Of a stretch of 64,000 nucleotides of DNA, positions 53,792 to 63,373 are shown piece after piece. Positions within the stretch are counted from its first letter, which is position 1. Every line of letters starts with the position of its first letter. The translations under genes were made by a program, and so were the position numbers. The DNA is from a bacterium (GTDB lineage Bacteria > UBA8248). The stretch is from positions 1,600,001 to 1,664,000 of the forward strand of contig CBDBZU010000004.1 of NCBI GenBank assembly GCA_965213625.1. The letters run 5' to 3'. The notes beneath the pieces are model-generated. The model saw nothing but the letters and a program-made list of their open reading frames with translations, had not been told where the DNA came from and made no database searches.

Positions 53792-55045
53792 TTAGCGGGG
53801 GAGTTCGGGATTCGAGACGCCCAGGTGGGTATCCGGGATGAAGTCGCCCGCCTTTTGCCCGCCCGAGAAGCCGGCGCCGAGCAGCGATTCGTCATCCGCG
53901 CGGGGGTGGCGGTACCGCGGGTCGTCTTCGCGGATGATGTCATAGGTAGTGGTGCGCTGGACGGGAGTGCGTCCCGCCCCCAGGATGGCGTCGTTGAATT
54001 GTTTGGGGCTCAGGCTTTGCCCGTATTCGGAACCCGATTCGCGTGAGATGTTCTCCTCGATGAGCGTTCCGCCCAGGTCGTTCACCCCGAGGGAGAGCGC
54101 CTTCTTGGCGGCGTCGATCCCGATCTTGGGCCACGCCACCTGAATGTTGGCGATCATCCCCCGGAAGAAGAGCCGGGCCACGGCGTGAAGTCTGAAGATG
54201 GTTTCCAGGTCCGCCATTTTCTCGATGCCGAACTCCTCGCCCATCTTGTTGTCGTACGGGATGAAGGGCAGGGGAACGAACTCCGTGAACCGGCCCTCTC
54301 CGTCTGTTTTAAGCGAGTCTTTTTGCATTTTTCTCAGAATATCCATGTGCTCGGCCAGATCGGCGCTGCTCTCGATGTGGCCGTACATGACGGTGGAGGT
54401 CGTCGGGATGCCCACGGCGTGAGCGGTCCGGATGATCTCGCACCATCTCTCGACCGGGATTCTTCCCGGGCTGATGAGCTTCTTCACCCTCTCCACGAGT
54501 ATCTCTGCCGCCGTCCCGGGTACGGAGCCGAGCCCCGCTTCCTTGAGCCGGGTGAGCACCACTTCGAGGGGCAGCCTGGTTTTTCGCTGGATGTGGTCGA
54601 CTTCCGCTGGCGAATAGGCATGCATGTGGACTCCGGGGATGATTTCGCGCGCGAGCCTGAGCACTTCCTCGTAGCGGTCGATCGATATCAGGGGGTTCAG
54701 CCCCCCCTGCATGCAGATTTCGCGCACGCCGAAGTCCCTTGCGCGCGCGAATTTTTCGCGCAGTACGTCGTCGTCGTGCGTATAGGCGTCCGGGGCGTTC
54801 GGGCGCCGCCAGAAGCCGCAGTATTTACAATCCGTGTAGCACACGTTCGTGAAATTCACGTTCGCGTTGATGACGTAGCTCACCTCATCGCCGATGGTCT
54901 TCTTCCTTTCCGCGTCCGCCGTTTCATAGAGGCGCTCGGTGAGTTCCTCATCCCGCTCAGTGAGCAATGCGGTAGCGCCCTCGCGCGAGATTTCCTCTCC
55001 CGCCTCGAATGCGTCGAGTATTTCATGGGCGAAAAGGGCGTTCAT
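53792..55045 (-). CDS. cofH: FO synthase subunit CofH (radical SAM)
   Basis: NFTNVCYTDCKYC, PGTAAEIL, FTEFVPLPF, NDLGGTLIEE. Confidence 0.9.
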   Translation of the reverse strand: MNALFAHEILDAFEAGEEISREGATALLTERDEELTERLYETADAERKKTIGDEVSYVINANVNFTNVCYTDCKYCGFWRRPNAPDAYTHDDDVLREKFARARDFGVREICMQGGLNPLISIDRYEEVLRLAREIIPGVHMHAYSPAEVDHIQRKTRLPLEVVLTRLKEAGLGSVPGTAAEILVERVKKLISPGRIPVERWCEIIRTAHAVGIPTTSTVMYGHIESSADLAEHMDILRKMQKDSLKTDGEGRFTEFVPLPFIPYDNKMGEEFGIEKMADLETIFRLHAVARLFFRGMIANIQVAWPKIGIDAAKKALSLGVNDLGGTLIEENISRESGSEYGQSLSPKQFNDAILGAGRTPVQRTTTYDIIREDDPRYRHPRADDESLLGAGFSGGQKAGDFIPDTHLGVSNPELPR

Positions 55046-56043
55046 GCGATCTCCAGTGGCAGGGTTTCCTGTGCTTCGCGCCTATCCAGCATCCGGCGGA
55101 GCGCAGGAAGAGTTTCGGGCGGACACCAGCCCGTCTCGATGAATTCATCGTATACCGGCATTCGCAGGCGCAGCGCAATGTCTTCCTGATGAAGGGATTG
55201 GTCCAGGTTACCGAGTTTGGGCCAGTGGCGGTTCGGGTTGATGTGATCCGGCTCCGGCGCGATGCCTCCGATGTCGTCCGCACCCGCCATGATGAGGCCG
55301 AGCAGATCGTCGACCAGATTCGGCGGGACCTGGATGTGCACACCCGGCATGAGCCTTTTGACTTCCGGGATCAGCGCCGCGACCTCCTCATCCGGCGGCC
55401 GGGTCCACCTGGCCATGGGCGTCAGGGGCTGGGGATTCAGGGGTTGCAGGATAATCTCCTGAATATGTCCGTAGCGGCTGTGCACCTCGGCGATGGCTTC
55501 CAGCGTCTCGACGCGCTCTTCGGGTGATTCCCCGATGCCGATGAGAATTCCCGTCGTGAACGCGACCCCCAGCTTGCCCGCCGCTTCCAGGGAGGCGAGC
55601 CTGACCTCGGGGGTTTTCGTCGGCGCCGCGCGGTGGGCGGCCCGCGTGGCCTCGGGGCTCACGGTCTCCATCATCATGCCCATCGAGACGTTGTAGGGTT
55701 TTAGTATCTCGTATTCCCACTCTTCCAACGTGCCGATGTTGGCGTGGGGCAGCAGGCCGATTTCGAGGCACATCTTGCACACTGCGGCGGTGTAGGCGGC
55801 GTAGGAGTCATATCCCCATTCTTTGAGTTGATTCTTGAGTCCCTTGTGTCTGTCGATACCTTCGCCCGTCATGACGAGCGCCTCGACCACGCCCTGCGTG
55901 TAGGCCTGCCTCGCGAGACGTTCGCACTCTTCCATCGAGAGCAGGAGGGGAACGCTGCTGCGGAAGCTGCAATAGCCGCAATGGTTCACGCACCAGTTCG
56001 TGATGGGCAATGTGAAGTTGAATGAATACGTGACTGTTCTCAG
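55042..56043 (-). CDS. cofG: FO synthase subunit CofG (radical SAM), probable CTG start
   Basis: VTYS.N..PIT..CVNHCGYC, TTGILIGIGE, QVPPNL, DHINP. Confidence 0.88.
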   Translation of the reverse strand: MRTVTYSFNFTLPITNWCVNHCGYCSFRSSVPLLLSMEECERLARQAYTQGVVEALVMTGEGIDRHKGLKNQLKEWGYDSYAAYTAAVCKMCLEIGLLPHANIGTLEEWEYEILKPYNVSMGMMMETVSPEATRAAHRAAPTKTPEVRLASLEAAGKLGVAFTTGILIGIGESPEERVETLEAIAEVHSRYGHIQEIILQPLNPQPLTPMARWTRPPDEEVAALIPEVKRLMPGVHIQVPPNLVDDLLGLIMAGADDIGGIAPEPDHINPNRHWPKLGNLDQSLHQEDIALRLRMPVYDEFIETGWCPPETLPALRRMLDRREAQETLPLEIA

Positions 56044-56137
56044 GGCGTTTCTCCGTGTTTTTCGAATAAAGTCAGCGAATTCTCCCGCATCCTATCGGCG
56101 AGGGCCGCGTCTGACAAGGCTTGGCTCCCCATGAACG

Positions 56138-57328
56138 CTAGGCGACGCCCTTTTCTTTCAGCGCGGCGATTTCCTCACCCGATTTTCCGAGCAGGCCGGT
56201 GAGAACTTCTTCAGTATGCTCGCCCAGCAGGGGAGGGGGCATTCGGATTTCACCAGGGGTATCCGAGAGCTTCATGGGGTTGCCCATCACCTTCAGGACG
56301 CCGGTTCTCGCGTGCTCCATCTCGACCACCATCTCCCGGTGATGGATTTGCGGGTCCGCGCACAACTCCTCGATCGTTCGCACCGGTCCGCAGGGAACGC
56401 CGGCATCCGATACGATTTCGGCCCACTCCGCGCGGGTCCTGGCCCGCATGGTGTTTTCGATCTCGGCTTCGAGTTCATCGCGTCCCGAGACGCGCGCCGC
56501 ATTCGTATCCCATTTGGAGTCGTCCGCCAAATCCGCCCTGCCGATGGCGCGGGCGAACCGCTGCCACAAGGAGTCGTTGGCCGCCGCGACGATGAGTTCT
56601 CCGTCCGAACAGGGAAAATCGCGGTACGGCGCGATGCTCGGGTGGCGGTTCCCCAACCGTCCGGGCGGGGCGCCCGTGGCGAAGAAGTTCCCCGCGGCGT
56701 GGCTCATCAGAGCGGCCTGTCCGTCCTGGATCGCCGTGTCGACGTATTGGCCCTTGCCCGTCTTCTCCCGTGCGATGATGGCCAGTAATATCCCCTGGGT
56801 CGCGAACATGGCGGTGGTGAGGTCGGCGATGGCGATGCCAGTCTTGAAGCCACCGCCGCCTTCTGCTCCCGTGATGCTCATGAGTCCGCCTTCGCCTTGC
56901 AGGAGAATGTCGTAGGCGGGTCTCTCTTTGGAGGGCCCACTCTGGCCGTAGCCCGAGACGCTGGCGTAGATGATCCTGGGGTTGAGCGCGTGGCAGGTAT
57001 CCCAGTCGAACCCGAGCCGCTCGATGGCGCCGGGCCGGAAGTTCTGGATGAGGATGTCCGATTTCTCGACGAGTCCCCTTAAAACCTCTTTTCCTTCCTC
57101 GGCTTTCAAGTTCAGCGTGAGGCTTTTCTTGTTGCGGTTCACGGACTGGAAATAGCTGCTCTCGCCTCCGTCATAAAAAGGCGGCCAGCCACGCGTGTCG
57201 TCTCCGCCGACGGGGTTTTCGACCTTGATGACTTCGGCTCCCATGTCGCCGAGCATCATAGTGCAGAATGGACCCGCCAGAATTCTGGAAAGATCGAGGA
57301 CGCGAATCCCCTCAAGCGGCATACTCAT
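56138..57328 (-). CDS. Family III CoA-transferase (CaiB/BaiF)
   Basis: LDLSRILAGP, NRNKKS, NFRPG, LGEHT. Confidence 0.93.
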   Translation of the reverse strand: MSMPLEGIRVLDLSRILAGPFCTMMLGDMGAEVIKVENPVGGDDTRGWPPFYDGGESSYFQSVNRNKKSLTLNLKAEEGKEVLRGLVEKSDILIQNFRPGAIERLGFDWDTCHALNPRIIYASVSGYGQSGPSKERPAYDILLQGEGGLMSITGAEGGGGFKTGIAIADLTTAMFATQGILLAIIAREKTGKGQYVDTAIQDGQAALMSHAAGNFFATGAPPGRLGNRHPSIAPYRDFPCSDGELIVAAANDSLWQRFARAIGRADLADDSKWDTNAARVSGRDELEAEIENTMRARTRAEWAEIVSDAGVPCGPVRTIEELCADPQIHHREMVVEMEHARTGVLKVMGNPMKLSDTPGEIRMPPPLLGEHTEEVLTGLLGKSGEEIAALKEKGVA

Positions 57329-57362
57329 GGAATCTCTCAGGCTCCTTTTTTCTTTGGTTGAT

Positions 57363-58226
57363 TTATCGGTTCTGAAGCGCTTCGAGCATTTTCTCGCGCA
57401 CATGCTCGACCGGCATCTGCGTGCCGGTCCAAAGCTCCCAGCCCAGGGCCCCCTGGTGTAAGAGCCAGCCGATGCCCGAGACGGCGCGCGCGCCTTTTCT
57501 TCGGGCGGCCTTCAGGTACGGGGTGTCGAGCGGACTATAGACCGCATCGGCGCAGATGCTATCCGGCGGAATGAACTCCTCGGGAAGACAGCAGGCCGCC
57601 TCCCGCGCCTTGTCCCCGCTCATCCCCAGGCTCGTCGTGTTGACGATAATATCCCGCCCCCGGGCGGCGGATTCAAGCGCATCCAGGCCGCCACCGTGAA
57701 TTTCCGTATTCGGGAAGTGGGATTTTACTTCGCCCGCCAAAGACTGTGCTTTCTCCGCCGTACGGTTTCGAATCTCGATGTGCGCGGCCCCAGTTTGCGC
57801 GAGCTTGATGGCGATGGCCCGCGCTGCCCCGCCCGCGCCCAGAAGCAGGCATCTTTTTTCTTCAGGCGACACGCCCGTTTCCTCTTCCAGGGAGCGGAGC
57901 CAGCCCGCGCCGTCGGTGTTGTGGCCCTTGAGTTTGCCATCGCTCTCGAACGTCACCATGTTCACCGCGCCCATGAGCCTCGCATCCTCGCTCACTTCGT
58001 CCACGAGCCGGAATGTGGCGACCTTGTGGGGGATGGTTACGCAAAAGCCCGCAAAACCCATAGCGCCTGCACCGCGCACCGCTTCTTCGTACTGGTCCGG
58101 ATGCACCTCGTAGGCCGTGAAGCGGTAGGGCAGCCCCAACGCCTGCGCCGCCGCGTTGTGCATGACGGGCGAGAGTGTATGCCCCAGTGGATAGCCGAAG
58201 ATGGCGAGCGTTTTTTCGAGCTGCAT
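57363..58226 (-). CDS. aroE: Shikimate dehydrogenase
   Basis: SPVMHN, VTIPHK, NTDG, GAGGAA, NRT. Confidence 0.9.
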   Translation of the reverse strand: MQLEKTLAIFGYPLGHTLSPVMHNAAAQALGLPYRFTAYEVHPDQYEEAVRGAGAMGFAGFCVTIPHKVATFRLVDEVSEDARLMGAVNMVTFESDGKLKGHNTDGAGWLRSLEEETGVSPEEKRCLLLGAGGAARAIAIKLAQTGAAHIEIRNRTAEKAQSLAGEVKSHFPNTEIHGGGLDALESAARGRDIIVNTTSLGMSGDKAREAACCLPEEFIPPDSICADAVYSPLDTPYLKAARRKGARAVSGIGWLLHQGALGWELWTGTQMPVEHVREKMLEALQNR

Positions 58227-58379
58227 GAACGTTCCTCAAGTGATTCGGCGTTCGCTTCTACTGCGTTCGTTGTGGCGGGAATTAGAGATACGCTAAAGTA
58301 GCGCTCATAACAACTTCCAGAGACGCTCCGCGCTGATTTTTCCGGCGCTCCATGCCATCGCTTCGAGGAGACGGATTCG

Positions 58380-59504
58380 ATGTCCACCGTTCAGGCCGCC
58401 ACGATTCTACAGCCGGGCGAAATCGCCTTGCGTGAATACCCCATGCCCGAGATTGAGGACGACGCCCTTTTGATGAAGGTGTCCGCTGTCGGCGTCTGCG
58501 GTTCGGACAAGCACATGTACGGAGGCAACCTGAACCTGGCGTGGCCGGTAATTCCGGGCCATGAGTTCAGCGGTATCGTCGAGAAGATGGGGCCTTTGGC
58601 GAATGCGAACATGAAGATCGTGGGCGGCCCCATCGAGGAGGGCGACGCCATCACCGTGGCGCCGGGAAGCCAGGCCTGCGGAAAATGCTGGTTCTGCATC
58701 CACACGCCGCACCGGCCCCAGTTGTGCCCGAACCGCACGGTTTTCGGCTTCCGCACCTCCGCCGAGGCGCCGCACCTTTTCGGGGCGTTTTCGGAATATA
58801 TGTACATCCCCGGAAGTTCCTTCGTCCTGAAGCTGCCCGAGGGTCTCTCTCTTGAGCGAGCCACGCTTTGCGAACCGCTGGCCGTGGCCCAGAGAGCGGC
58901 GGGGCGTTCGCTCTCCCCGGGCATCCCCTACGCGGGGGAGGGGTTTGGCGTGGGTGCACGGTGCGCCGTCATGGGCGTGGGACCCATCGGTCTGCTCGTG
59001 GTGGCCGCTCTCAAGACGATGGGGGCGGGCGAGATCATCGCGGTGGACATGACCGAAGAAAGACTCGCGTTCTCCAGAAAATTCGGCGCCACGAAGACGG
59101 TGAGCCTGGCTACGCTAACGAAAGAAGAAAGAAAAGAGCAGATCCTCTCCTGGACGGACGGGGTGGGGCCCGACGTGGTTATCGAGGCGGCAGGCGTTCC
59201 CGCTGCCTTCGCCGAGGGGCTGGACATCGTCCGCCGGGGCGGGAAGCTCGTGGAAGTCGGGCATTACGGCGATCCGGGCGGGGTGGAGATCAGGCCCCAC
59301 CAGGTGTGCAACAAGGACGTGGATATCTGCGGCTCATGGGCCTATCCCCAGGTGCAGTTCGAACCGGCGATGGACATGCTGCTCAGAACGGACCTGCCGA
59401 TTGACGACATCTTCACGCACCGCCTGCCGCTTTCCCAAGTGCAGGCGGGCATCGAGGTCACTGGAACGGGAGAGTGCCTGAAAGTCCTGCTCAAGCCGGA
59501 TTAG
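58380..59504 (+). CDS. Zn-dependent MDR alcohol dehydrogenase
   Basis: CGSD, GHE, CGKCWFC, GVGPIG. Confidence 0.92.
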   Translation: MSTVQAATILQPGEIALREYPMPEIEDDALLMKVSAVGVCGSDKHMYGGNLNLAWPVIPGHEFSGIVEKMGPLANANMKIVGGPIEEGDAITVAPGSQACGKCWFCIHTPHRPQLCPNRTVFGFRTSAEAPHLFGAFSEYMYIPGSSFVLKLPEGLSLERATLCEPLAVAQRAAGRSLSPGIPYAGEGFGVGARCAVMGVGPIGLLVVAALKTMGAGEIIAVDMTEERLAFSRKFGATKTVSLATLTKEERKEQILSWTDGVGPDVVIEAAGVPAAFAEGLDIVRRGGKLVEVGHYGDPGGVEIRPHQVCNKDVDICGSWAYPQVQFEPAMDMLLRTDLPIDDIFTHRLPLSQVQAGIEVTGTGECLKVLLKPD

Positions 59505-59511
59505 GCCTTCA

Positions 59512-61185
59512 TCACGGAGACGGGATGGTGTCGAAATCCATTTCGAGCAAGTTCAGCGTCTCTGCGCGCTCGCAGTCATCAATGTCGAGGTCGTCGAGTT
59601 TTTCCAGTCCCGCGAGCATGTTCGTAACGCCCTGTGCGAGTCCATCCGGTGAGATTTTATCCTCATCAATCCGGTAGCCCATGGTTTTCGCCATGGCGAG
59701 AACGTGGGCGGCGGTTTCTGATTCCGTCATTTCTTGCAGCGGTGAGGCGGAGGGTTCTGGATATTCTTGGGGAGGTGGTTGCTCGTCGACCTCGGGCGGC
59801 TTCAACTGCCAGAGTGGATTGTCGTCTTCCAATGCCTTGCCGATGCGGAACAGGCGCGCCTCATCCCCCCATCTCCCTGCAATCTGGAGGCCGACGGGCA
59901 GGCGCGCTTTCGTGAACCCGCAAGGGACCTGAAGCACGGGGTTGCCGATGGTGCTGAAGGCGGCCGTGTTGTCGCTCACTATCGGCCACATCTTCATGCC
60001 GTCGAGGCAATCCGCAATGGTGGGCGGGGCGATAGCGACGGTGGGCGTGAGCACGGCGTCCACATATCTAAACACCTCCGCCGCCTGGCGGATGAAGTAT
60101 GTGCGGGCCTTTTGCGCCTGCACGTAGCGCCAGCCCGGAATGAAGAGGCTGTACTCGAAGAAATCCGCTCCGGGGGAGACATACCCGTCCCGGTGGTTTT
60201 CGAGAAACTTCCGGTGGTATTCCGCACCCTCGGGCCCCACGGTTGCGGCATAGGCGACCTGGCCGAGCCGCGCCCAGGGTATTTCCACTTCCACGATGCT
60301 GGCTCCCAGCTTCTCGAATCGCGCAATAGCCTCGCGCACGAGTGCCTCCGCTTCCGGGTCTTCACCCGGCCAGAAATGGTTCGTCGCGACGCCGAGCGTC
60401 ATGCCTCCTACGCCCTCGTTCACGGTTTCGAGGAAATCGGGCGCGGGTCTCGTTCCCGTGGTGGGGTCTTTGGGGTCGGGACCTGCGATGGCTTGCAAGA
60501 TGAGGGCGGCGTCTTCCACCGTGCGCGTGAGGGGACCCACGTTGTCGAAACTCAAGCCCAAGGGCACGGCCCCCGCCCTGCTCACCCGCCCGTAGGTGGA
60601 GCGGATGCCCACCAGATTGCAAAACGAAGCGGGCAGGCGCACCGAGCCGCCCGTGTCGGAGCCGAGAGCGGCCGCCGCCATCCCCGCCGCCACGCAGGCG
60701 GCGGAGCCGCTGCTGCTTCCTCCGGGTGTGTGGTCGAGGCTCCAGGGGTTTCGCGCCGGACCGAACGCGCTGTTCGCCCCGGTGCCGCCGCGCGCGAATT
60801 CCTGCAAGTTTGTCTTACCGACGATGACCGCTCCCGCCTCAACTAACCTGCGCACGCACTCCGCCGTTTCGTTCGCCGCGTTTTTGCCCAAAATCCGGCT
60901 GCCCGCCGTGGTCGGGTGGCCTTCCAGGTCGAACAGGTCCTTGAGCGCGACGGGAATCCCGTGGAGCGGCCCCCGGTTTTTTCCACCGGCGAGTTCGGAA
61001 TCGAGCCGCTCCGCCTGTTTCCTCGCGAGTTCGAAAGTGGTTCTCGTGAAGGCGTTGATGGTTGTGTCGTGCGCCTCGACCCTGGCGATGTGGGCTTCAA
61101 GCACCTCGCTCGGCTTCGTTTCGCCTGCCTGGATGAGGGCGGACAACTCCGTGATGGGGCGATGAAGCAGTTCTTCGGGATTCAT
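59512..61185 (-). CDS. Amidase signature family enzyme
   Basis: LKD, GGSSSGS, GSDTGGSVRLPA. Confidence 0.92.
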   Translation of the reverse strand: MNPEELLHRPITELSALIQAGETKPSEVLEAHIARVEAHDTTINAFTRTTFELARKQAERLDSELAGGKNRGPLHGIPVALKDLFDLEGHPTTAGSRILGKNAANETAECVRRLVEAGAVIVGKTNLQEFARGGTGANSAFGPARNPWSLDHTPGGSSSGSAACVAAGMAAAALGSDTGGSVRLPASFCNLVGIRSTYGRVSRAGAVPLGLSFDNVGPLTRTVEDAALILQAIAGPDPKDPTTGTRPAPDFLETVNEGVGGMTLGVATNHFWPGEDPEAEALVREAIARFEKLGASIVEVEIPWARLGQVAYAATVGPEGAEYHRKFLENHRDGYVSPGADFFEYSLFIPGWRYVQAQKARTYFIRQAAEVFRYVDAVLTPTVAIAPPTIADCLDGMKMWPIVSDNTAAFSTIGNPVLQVPCGFTKARLPVGLQIAGRWGDEARLFRIGKALEDDNPLWQLKPPEVDEQPPPQEYPEPSASPLQEMTESETAAHVLAMAKTMGYRIDEDKISPDGLAQGVTNMLAGLEKLDDLDIDDCERAETLNLLEMDFDTIPSP

Positions 61186-61392
61186 GTGGTGACTCCGGGA
61201 ATAGGGTTATTTTGGCGCGATTATATTCCATCCGACGACGAGTCGAAACGAAAGCGGGCGTTCACTCCAAAATGCGATGACACGCCTAATGCGCCGGGCT
61301 AGTTTCCACGAAAGGCTCCCCGGCTTGGCAAGCGCCGCCATCAAGGGTAAAAACACATCACTTTAGATAATGAGAGAAAAGGAGAACCATCC

Positions 61393-62298
61393 ATGAAACT
61401 CTACCGGACGATTCTCTTCGCCCCCGGAAACAGGGAGAGAATGCTCGCCAAAGTGGGCAAGGCCGGGGCCGACGCCGTCGTTCTGGACCTCGAAGACGCG
61501 GTGCCCGCCGATGAGAAGACATCCACGCGTAATGCGCTCGGTGCGGCGGTCAAGACGATTGCCGAAGAAGACGGTGCGGACGTCTTCGTGCGCGTGAATC
61601 CGCTGGATGACGTGACGGGCTTTTCCATCGCCTGCGGTCCTGAGGACATCCCTGCCGTCGTGGGACCTGCGCTCCGGGGGATCGTGCTGCCCAAGGCGGA
61701 GAATCCCGGCCAGATATTGGCGGCAGACCGGCTGCTTCGCGATGCGGAAAGAGATGCGGGCTGTGAAGCGGGGAGCGTGCACCTGCTCGCCATCATCGAG
61801 AACGCCCGGGGCGTGGAGGACGCTTTCGCCATCGCTTCCGCCGACACGGGGGAGCGGCGCTTCCAGCTCGCTTTCGGGGCAGGGGATTACACCAACGATC
61901 TCGATATCGAGTGGCCGCGCGACGAGTTTACCTTCGACTACCCGCGTTCTCGAATCGCTGTGGCCTCGCGAAGCGCAGGCCGGGAGAAACCGCTCGATAC
62001 GGTATGGATTGCGTTGGATGACCAGGAGGGTCTGGCGGCGAGCGCCGTGCGGTGCCGGGTGCTCGGCATGTTCGGCAAGTTCTGCATTCACCCCAAGCAG
62101 GTGGAAATCGTGAACCATGCCTTCACGCCGACAAAAGATGAAGTCGAAAAGGCGCGTGAGGTTATCGTGGCCTTCGAGGAAGCGACGGCGCGTGGGGAGG
62201 CGAGCGTCTCCGTCGGCGGGCGCATGATCGATTATCCGGTGGTCGAGGCGGCGGAAAAAGTCATCGCCCTGGCCGATGATTTTGGAACCAATGACTAA
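61393..62298 (+). CDS. CitE/malyl-CoA lyase-like (HpcH/HpaI family)
   Basis: DLEDAV, VRVN, LPKAE, IHPKQ, MIDYP. Confidence 0.9.
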   Translation: MKLYRTILFAPGNRERMLAKVGKAGADAVVLDLEDAVPADEKTSTRNALGAAVKTIAEEDGADVFVRVNPLDDVTGFSIACGPEDIPAVVGPALRGIVLPKAENPGQILAADRLLRDAERDAGCEAGSVHLLAIIENARGVEDAFAIASADTGERRFQLAFGAGDYTNDLDIEWPRDEFTFDYPRSRIAVASRSAGREKPLDTVWIALDDQEGLAASAVRCRVLGMFGKFCIHPKQVEIVNHAFTPTKDEVEKAREVIVAFEEATARGEASVSVGGRMIDYPVVEAAEKVIALADDFGTND

Positions 62299-62320
62299 CA
62301 AGTCAAAACGAGAGGGTGAT

Positions 62321-63325
62321 ATGAAATTCGGCATGTTCGTCATGAATCAGCACGCCTTGGGGGATGACCCCGCAGAACGCTGGGAGGAGCATCTCGAACA
62401 GGTGCGACTCATCCGGGATTTGGGCTTTCACAGCGTTTGGTGCGGCCAGCACTACCTCACCGAGGGGGTGTGGATGATGCAGACCTGGCCGAGCGTCGCC
62501 CAGGTGGCGGCGCACGCGGGCGATATGACGGTCGGCACGGGCATCCTGCTGCTCGCGCTTCACAACCCGGTGGACGTGGCCGAGCAGGTCGCCACGCTCG
62601 ACGCCATGACGAAGGGCCGCTTCGTGCTCGGCGTGGGGCTGGGTTACCGCGAGCCCGAATACCGCGCGTTCGGCCTCACGAAACCCTATCGCATCAAGGC
62701 TTTCGAGGAGAAACTGGAAGCTCTCACACGCCTGCTGGAGGAGGGGACGCTCGATTATGAGGGCGAAGTCGTAAAGCTCCAGGACGTAAACCTCACCATG
62801 CGGCCCATCCAGAAGCCGAGACCGCCCATCTGGATAGCGGCGAACGGCGACGGCGCCGTGAGGCGCGCGGCGCGGATGGGTGAGGCGTGGTTCCTGAATC
62901 CCCATGCGCGTTTCGACACCTTGAAGCGCCAGATGGAGATGTTCCACGAAGAGCGCGAAGCCGCAGGCAAGGGTGCTCCCGATGCGACGCCCGTCATCAA
63001 GGAGATGTTCATCGGTGAAGACAGGGAGAGCGCCTTTCGAGAATGCGCGAATTATCTGGCGGTCAAGTACAACGTCTACGTGAAGTGGGGCCAGAGCGAG
63101 GCGCTGCCCGAGAGCGACACGCTCCGGATGCCGCTAGACGAGTTGCGCTCCGACAGGTTCCTCATCGGTTCGGCGGAAGACGTGGCTGAGGACATCAGGC
63201 GCCACCGCGACGAGCTGGGCGTGGACCACATGGCGTTCCGGGTCCAGTGGCCGGGGATGCCGCAGGAACTCGTGCTGAGGACGCTCGAGCGCTTCGCAAA
63301 AGAGGTGATGCCCGAGTTCGTCTAG
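62321..63325 (+). CDS. LLM-class flavin-dependent oxidoreductase
   Basis: AEQVATLD..GRFVLGVGLGYR, P.QKPRPPIW. Confidence 0.9.
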   Translation: MKFGMFVMNQHALGDDPAERWEEHLEQVRLIRDLGFHSVWCGQHYLTEGVWMMQTWPSVAQVAAHAGDMTVGTGILLLALHNPVDVAEQVATLDAMTKGRFVLGVGLGYREPEYRAFGLTKPYRIKAFEEKLEALTRLLEEGTLDYEGEVVKLQDVNLTMRPIQKPRPPIWIAANGDGAVRRAARMGEAWFLNPHARFDTLKRQMEMFHEEREAAGKGAPDATPVIKEMFIGEDRESAFRECANYLAVKYNVYVKWGQSEALPESDTLRMPLDELRSDRFLIGSAEDVAEDIRRHRDELGVDHMAFRVQWPGMPQELVLRTLERFAKEVMPEFV

Positions 63326-63373
63326 GTTGCGGTGCGATTTCCTGCAGGCGCTTGTCCGCAAGAGGAGGACGCC

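Noticed and set aside
56077-56127. Possible fifth copy of the GCATTT promoter (GAATTCTCCC GCATCCTATC)
   Set aside because: Poor match, no TAnnnT at +35, and no + strand gene follows.
59512-61185. gatA assignment for the amidase
   Set aside because: No gatB/gatC neighbours and an atypical C-terminal extension; kept as a generic amidase.
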